Assembly (NCBI GenBank): GCA_963828525.1
Contig: CAWHEP010000008.1
Location: forward strand, 506,445 to 570,444
DNA length: 64,000 nt
Reading direction: 5' to 3'
Origin: an uncultured Verrucomicrobiae bacterium
GTDB taxonomy: Bacteria > Verrucomicrobiota > Verrucomicrobiia > Chthoniobacterales > Chthoniobacteraceae
Shown here: positions 60,522-64,000 of the stretch, one piece after another
Layout: every line of letters starts with the position of its first letter
Position numbering within the stretch: the first letter of the stretch is position 1
The notes under the pieces: model-generated
Seen by the model: only the letters and a program-made list of their open reading frames with translations
Told to the model about the DNA's origin: nothing
Databases searched by the model: none
Position numbers and translations under genes: made by a program

Positions 60522-61573
60522 GGGCGCGGCCCACTCAGGATTTCACGGTAGAGCGCGACGTAGTCGTCCACCATCCGCTGGAAGCTGAAGCGGTCCATCG
60601 CGCGGGCGCGCACCCGGTGACGATCCAACTCCAGAGCGCGGGGCACGAGCGCCGCCAGTTCTCCAGCCGAGGGCGCGTGAAACCCTGTGATCCCCTGCTC
60701 TATCACCTCACCAACCGCGCCGAGGCCGCATGCGACGACTGGAGTTCCGCAGGCCATCGCCTCGATCATTACCAGGCCAAAAGGCTCCGCCCATTGCACC
60801 GGGAAAAGCAGGGCGGCAGCGCCTCGCAGCAGTTCGTTCTTCTGAGCATGATTGACTGGTCCCAGGTAGCGGACTGTTTTGCCATCAATCAGCGGCTTCA
60901 CTCCGGTCTCGAAATACTCCGTTTCCTCAGCGTCCTGGGGCCTGCCCGCGAGGAGGATTGGCATCCCAATCTCCCGGGCAATATGGATGGCATCGATGGG
61001 ATTTTTGTCGAAGGACATGCGCCCGAGGAATGCCAGGTACGCCCCTTTCTCAAAAGAGGGTTCAAACGCGGCGAAGTCGCACCCGTTATAGATGACCGGA
61101 ATTTGCCGCGAAAGTCCTCCGGAGATGGAGTCCACCTGATACTGGCTGATGGCGGACAGCGCCACGGAAGGAAAGTGGCGCGCAACCCACTGGTCATCCT
61201 CCGAGAGGTAGGTATGGAAGGTGAATAGAGAGCCTGGAGCGAGCGATCCCAAGGGCGCCCACTGAGCGCCGATGTGGAAGTGGAGAATATCGAACTCAGC
61301 CGCCATCCCGATGGCGCTGGCGATGGCGGCGTTGGCGTAATACTCGTAGGTGGAGGCGGTTCCTTCCGTCATCAACTCCAGGACACTGCGGGCACAAACA
61401 GGATGCAGTTTGGCGGTTGTGAGCGAATCTCCCGATGAAAAGAGGGTCACGTCGTGGCCGCGCCGGACGAGTTCCTCGCAAAGCAGATGGACTACGAGTT
61501 CAATGCCGCCATAGGTCGCCGGCGGTATGCTTGTCCAGAGGGGGGCGATCTGCGCGATGCGCAATTGTTTCAT
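60518..61573 (-). CDS. Glycosyltransferase family 4
   Basis: PPATYGGIE, FLGRM..DK, EPFGLVMIEAMACGTPV. Confidence 0.92.
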   Translation of the reverse strand: MKQLRIAQIAPLWTSIPPATYGGIELVVHLLCEELVRRGHDVTLFSSGDSLTTAKLHPVCARSVLELMTEGTASTYEYYANAAIASAIGMAAEFDILHFHIGAQWAPLGSLAPGSLFTFHTYLSEDDQWVARHFPSVALSAISQYQVDSISGGLSRQIPVIYNGCDFAAFEPSFEKGAYLAFLGRMSFDKNPIDAIHIAREIGMPILLAGRPQDAEETEYFETGVKPLIDGKTVRYLGPVNHAQKNELLRGAAALLFPVQWAEPFGLVMIEAMACGTPVVACGLGAVGEVIEQGITGFHAPSAGELAALVPRALELDRHRVRARAMDRFSFQRMVDDYVALYREILSGPRP

Positions 61574-61653
61574 GAGGGTGTCAGAAAAGGGCGCGGGAGC
61601 GCGATACTTCTTGCCGTGCTTCGCCGATGTATGCGAATGGCTTGTTCACTTCC

Positions 61654-62796
61654 ATGAAGCCGCTCTTTCTCCGTTTCATCCTGCTATTCTGCGTCGCTAT
61701 TGTTCCAGGGTTCGCCCAGGAGCCAACTCCGGGCGCATCCAGCACTCCGTTTACGCCCGCAACTCCTCCCGATCAAGCGGCGTCGCCGGTTTCAAGCCCT
61801 TCGCCTGCCAGTGGATCGCCGGGCATCTCCATCCCCTCCCCGTCTCCCGCCGTAGAAGCGACCCCGCCGACGAGCGCTGGAACGCCCGGCGAGGAGCAAA
61901 AGGTGGCTCGCGCAGAGCCGGCAGGCGCGCAGGAAATCCTGACACGCCTTCAGATTTTCCTGGATCAGCAGAACTTTTGCCCGGGCAAGATCGACGGGCG
62001 CGGCGGCGAGTTCACTACCAAAGGGTTAATCCACTATCAGCGTTCGCACGGTTTGCCCGAGACAGGAAAGGTGGACGCCTCGATTCCCCTGGACTCCGTG
62101 TATCCCATCTACACCACTTACGCACTGACCGCGGCGGATATGAAGAGCGTCGGAAGGGTGCCCGCCAAACCTTCCGAACAGGCAAAGCTGAAATACATGG
62201 CGTATCGGTCGGTCGTGGAGTTCCTGGAGGAGAGATTCCATTCGGATCCGAATTTTCTGCGCAAGCTGAACCCGAAAGTGAAGATGGATTCGTTGAAGGT
62301 TGGCGATGTCGTGCGAGTTCCCAACGTCGCTCCGTTTAAACTGGAGGATCTCCGCGAGATCGGCCACATGCCAGATCGTCCAGAGTTTCTGAACCGCACC
62401 GTCCTGGTGAGTCCCAAGGAGAAGATGCTGGATGTTTACGATGACAAGAAGCTGATCGCCGCATTTCCGATTACGCCCGGATCAACCCACCTGCCGGCGC
62501 CTCCCGGGGTGTGGATGGTAGTAGGGATCGCCGAACTCCCCTGGTTTCGCTGGGATGAGATGATGCTGAACCACGGACAGCGGAGTGCGAACTTCTTCAA
62601 TATCCCGGCAGGCCCTCGGAACCCGGTGGGAGTGATCTGGATCGGCCTTGATCGGCGGGGCATCGGCTTGCACGGCACCAGCACCCCGGAGACCATAGGG
62701 CGATCCGGCAGCCACGGCTGCATACGCCTGGCGAATTGGGACGCGGTCCGGCTCGCGAATATGCTCACGAATAAGATCACGGTGACTATTGAGTAG
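61654..62796 (+). CDS. L,D-transpeptidase (YkuD) with peptidoglycan-binding region
   Basis: Signal peptide, Pro-rich linker, LQIFLD...PGKIDG, GLHGT...SHGCIRL. Confidence 0.9.
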   Translation: MKPLFLRFILLFCVAIVPGFAQEPTPGASSTPFTPATPPDQAASPVSSPSPASGSPGISIPSPSPAVEATPPTSAGTPGEEQKVARAEPAGAQEILTRLQIFLDQQNFCPGKIDGRGGEFTTKGLIHYQRSHGLPETGKVDASIPLDSVYPIYTTYALTAADMKSVGRVPAKPSEQAKLKYMAYRSVVEFLEERFHSDPNFLRKLNPKVKMDSLKVGDVVRVPNVAPFKLEDLREIGHMPDRPEFLNRTVLVSPKEKMLDVYDDKKLIAAFPITPGSTHLPAPPGVWMVVGIAELPWFRWDEMMLNHGQRSANFFNIPAGPRNPVGVIWIGLDRRGIGLHGTSTPETIGRSGSHGCIRLANWDAVRLANMLTNKITVTIE

Positions 62797-62944
62797 CGGA
62801 ACCTCGGCTAGAGGAAGATCAAGCGAGCGGATCGCAATAGAAGCGCGCCGAAACTGTCCAGAACATACCATATCGGCGTCGCCGCCCTTCGCATATACGG
62901 GGTCACACATGTCAAATGTTGAGACACGACCCCGATGATTCAAC

Positions 62945-63064
62945 GCCTACCATGCGCTGCAGCGAACCGCTCCGGTTGTCATGGCGGCTGCTTCCTGCCT
63001 CGCCTTTTTTACCAAGCAGCCAGCGCGCCAGTCTCCGCGGTCGGTGAGCTTGAGGCCGTTAGGC
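62945..63064 (+). repeat. attC-like integron recombination site
   Basis: GCCTACCATGCGCTGCAGCGAACC...GGTCGGTGAGCTTGAGGCCGTTAGGC; imperfect palindrome ending in GTTRRRY; left core degenerate. Confidence 0.7.
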
Positions 63065-63108
63065 GTATCTGCGCTTGCTCTTAAATCCTCGAGCGGTATT
63101 CTTCCGAT

Positions 63109-63445
63109 ATGAGCACCGTTTTCGACATTGAGAGCGCCGTTCAGAAGCTCTCTCGCAACGATTTGACCACGTTCCGCGATTGGTTCCTCGGCTTCGACGC
63201 CGCCGTATGGGACAAACAGTTCGAGGTGACTAACAGCCGGACGCCTCGACGCCCTCGCCGACGAGCCCATCCGCGACTTGCGCGAAGGCCGCTGTACGGA
63301 TTTGTGAGACACCGCGCAAACCCAAAGTTTTTGAAGTTCTACGAGCAACTACACAAGGAGATTCAGGAGCTTGCCGACGCGAACTACGAACTCCTCAAGA
63401 ATGACCCTCGTCATCCATCGCTGCACTTCAAGAAGGTTGGGCGGA
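63109..63445 (+). pseudogene. Decayed antitoxin plus ParE/RelE-like toxin cassette
   Basis: MSTVFDIESAVQKLS...WDKQFE / AGRLDALADE...DL* (frameshift), then GTG 63304 MRHRANPKF...LLKNDPRHPSLHFKKVG, truncated. Confidence 0.7.
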
Positions 63446-63462
63446 TGCCCGCCATGCTCGGG

Positions 63463-63505
63463 CCGCGCCAGCCACGCCCGCCGCTGAGCCCGGGTCCGTT
63501 AGGGC
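63463..63505 (+). repeat. Right half of an attC-like site
   Basis: GCCGCGCCAGCC...CCGCTGAGCCCGGGTCCGTTAGGGC resembles the right arms of the two flanking sites. Confidence 0.55.
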
Positions 63506-63536
63506 CGCTTCGCTCTCTTGCCTCACATCCACTCGC

Positions 63537-63818
63537 ATGACTGACCGGAATCTACGCCCACTCTTCCGATTGATCGCGCTGGTGCTTGTTACCGTGGCGA
63601 TAGCGTCGTTTATGCATTATTCCGACGCCAAAAGCCTCGCCCGGATCGATTCCATGTCACCAGAGGCTTTTGTCGCTTACGAGCGTCATCTGCACGGACA
63701 TTCTGACCTTTTTCACTACATCGCCATTTTTGTCGGAGGGGGCTTGTTCCTTGGTAGCATCGAAATGATCGTGTATCTTTTCAGCCTCTGCGTCCCATTT
63801 CGCAAGCCATCAGCCTAA
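63537..63818 (+). CDS. Small membrane protein gene cassette
   Basis: 93 aa with two hydrophobic segments; stop TAA lies inside the attC core GCCTAAC. Confidence 0.65.
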   Translation: MTDRNLRPLFRLIALVLVTVAIASFMHYSDAKSLARIDSMSPEAFVAYERHLHGHSDLFHYIAIFVGGGLFLGSIEMIVYLFSLCVPFRKPSA

Positions 63819-63914
63819 CAAGGCGCTCCAGCGAACAGAGGCTGGCGGCGCGTCCTCTTCGCATTTATAGTCGGTCCTCGCCAGCCTCTTCCGCTGAGCA
63901 TGGACTCGTTAGGC
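63813..63914 (+). repeat. attC integron recombination site
   Basis: GCCTAAC (63813) to GTTAGGC (63908-63914) are perfect complements; inner arms GCTCCAGCG/CGCTGAGC and AGAGGCTGGCG/CGCCAGCCTCT. Confidence 0.85.
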
Positions 63915-63916
63915 CA

Positions 63917-64000
63917 ATGACACCGCCCACTTGCTATATGTGCGATGCACCCGCCACCAGCCGCGAGCATGTTCCACCGAAGTGCATCTTTCCGGCTCCT
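63917..64000 (+). CDS. Start of HNH-endonuclease-like cassette gene (runs off the window)
   Basis: ATG 2 nt after attC; MTPPTCYMCDAPATSREHVPPKCIFP. Confidence 0.6.
   Translation, partial: MTPPTCYMCDAPATSREHVPPKCIFPAP

Overview
GC-rich bacterial DNA, probably from Verrucomicrobiota (inferred from the prs-rplY-pth-rpsF-ssb gene order, GGACGCCTCGGCGAGGC REP-like palindromes and a signal-peptide peptidase-S74 repeat protein). The window has three parts. (1) 1-33,000 is a large polymorphic toxin/immunity island of unusual 'mini-Rhs' cassettes. Each has a Sec-type signal peptide fused to only the last ~70 aa of an Rhs core (MNGKLRVTTLxPEEIRYTGKPYSKALGAYVFNARxYD...RWTTxDPSGFPDGxNNRxY...PxxxxDxxG), then a variable toxin domain and an overlapping, usually signal-peptide-bearing immunity gene. 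In two places a YD/Rhs 'shell' remnant ends with its own stop codon and is ATGA-coupled to the mini-Rhs gene, so the Rhs appears naturally split. Toxin types include Tlde1/DUF2778-like, Tae2/BPSL0067-like amidase, lipase-like, papain-like, HExxH peptidase and several unrecognised families. The island also holds many orphan toxin stubs, an expanded immunity family, a self-nested IS1182-like element and a GxxExxY gene, with an IS110 at its right edge. (2) 35,100-62,800 is mostly housekeeping: hemW, an oxidoreductase, a solitary DNA methyltransferase, DnaJ/CbpA, apt, two-component genes, a CCA-adding enzyme, an Ahb/Nir-like protein, ssb, rpsF, pth, rplY, prs, an ABC permease, a GT4 and an L,D-transpeptidase. 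(3) 62,900-64,000 is the start of an attC gene-cassette array with no integrase in view. Many single-base frameshifts occur even in housekeeping-type genes, so some pseudogene calls may be sequencing indels. All family assignments come from motif recognition by eye, not database searches.
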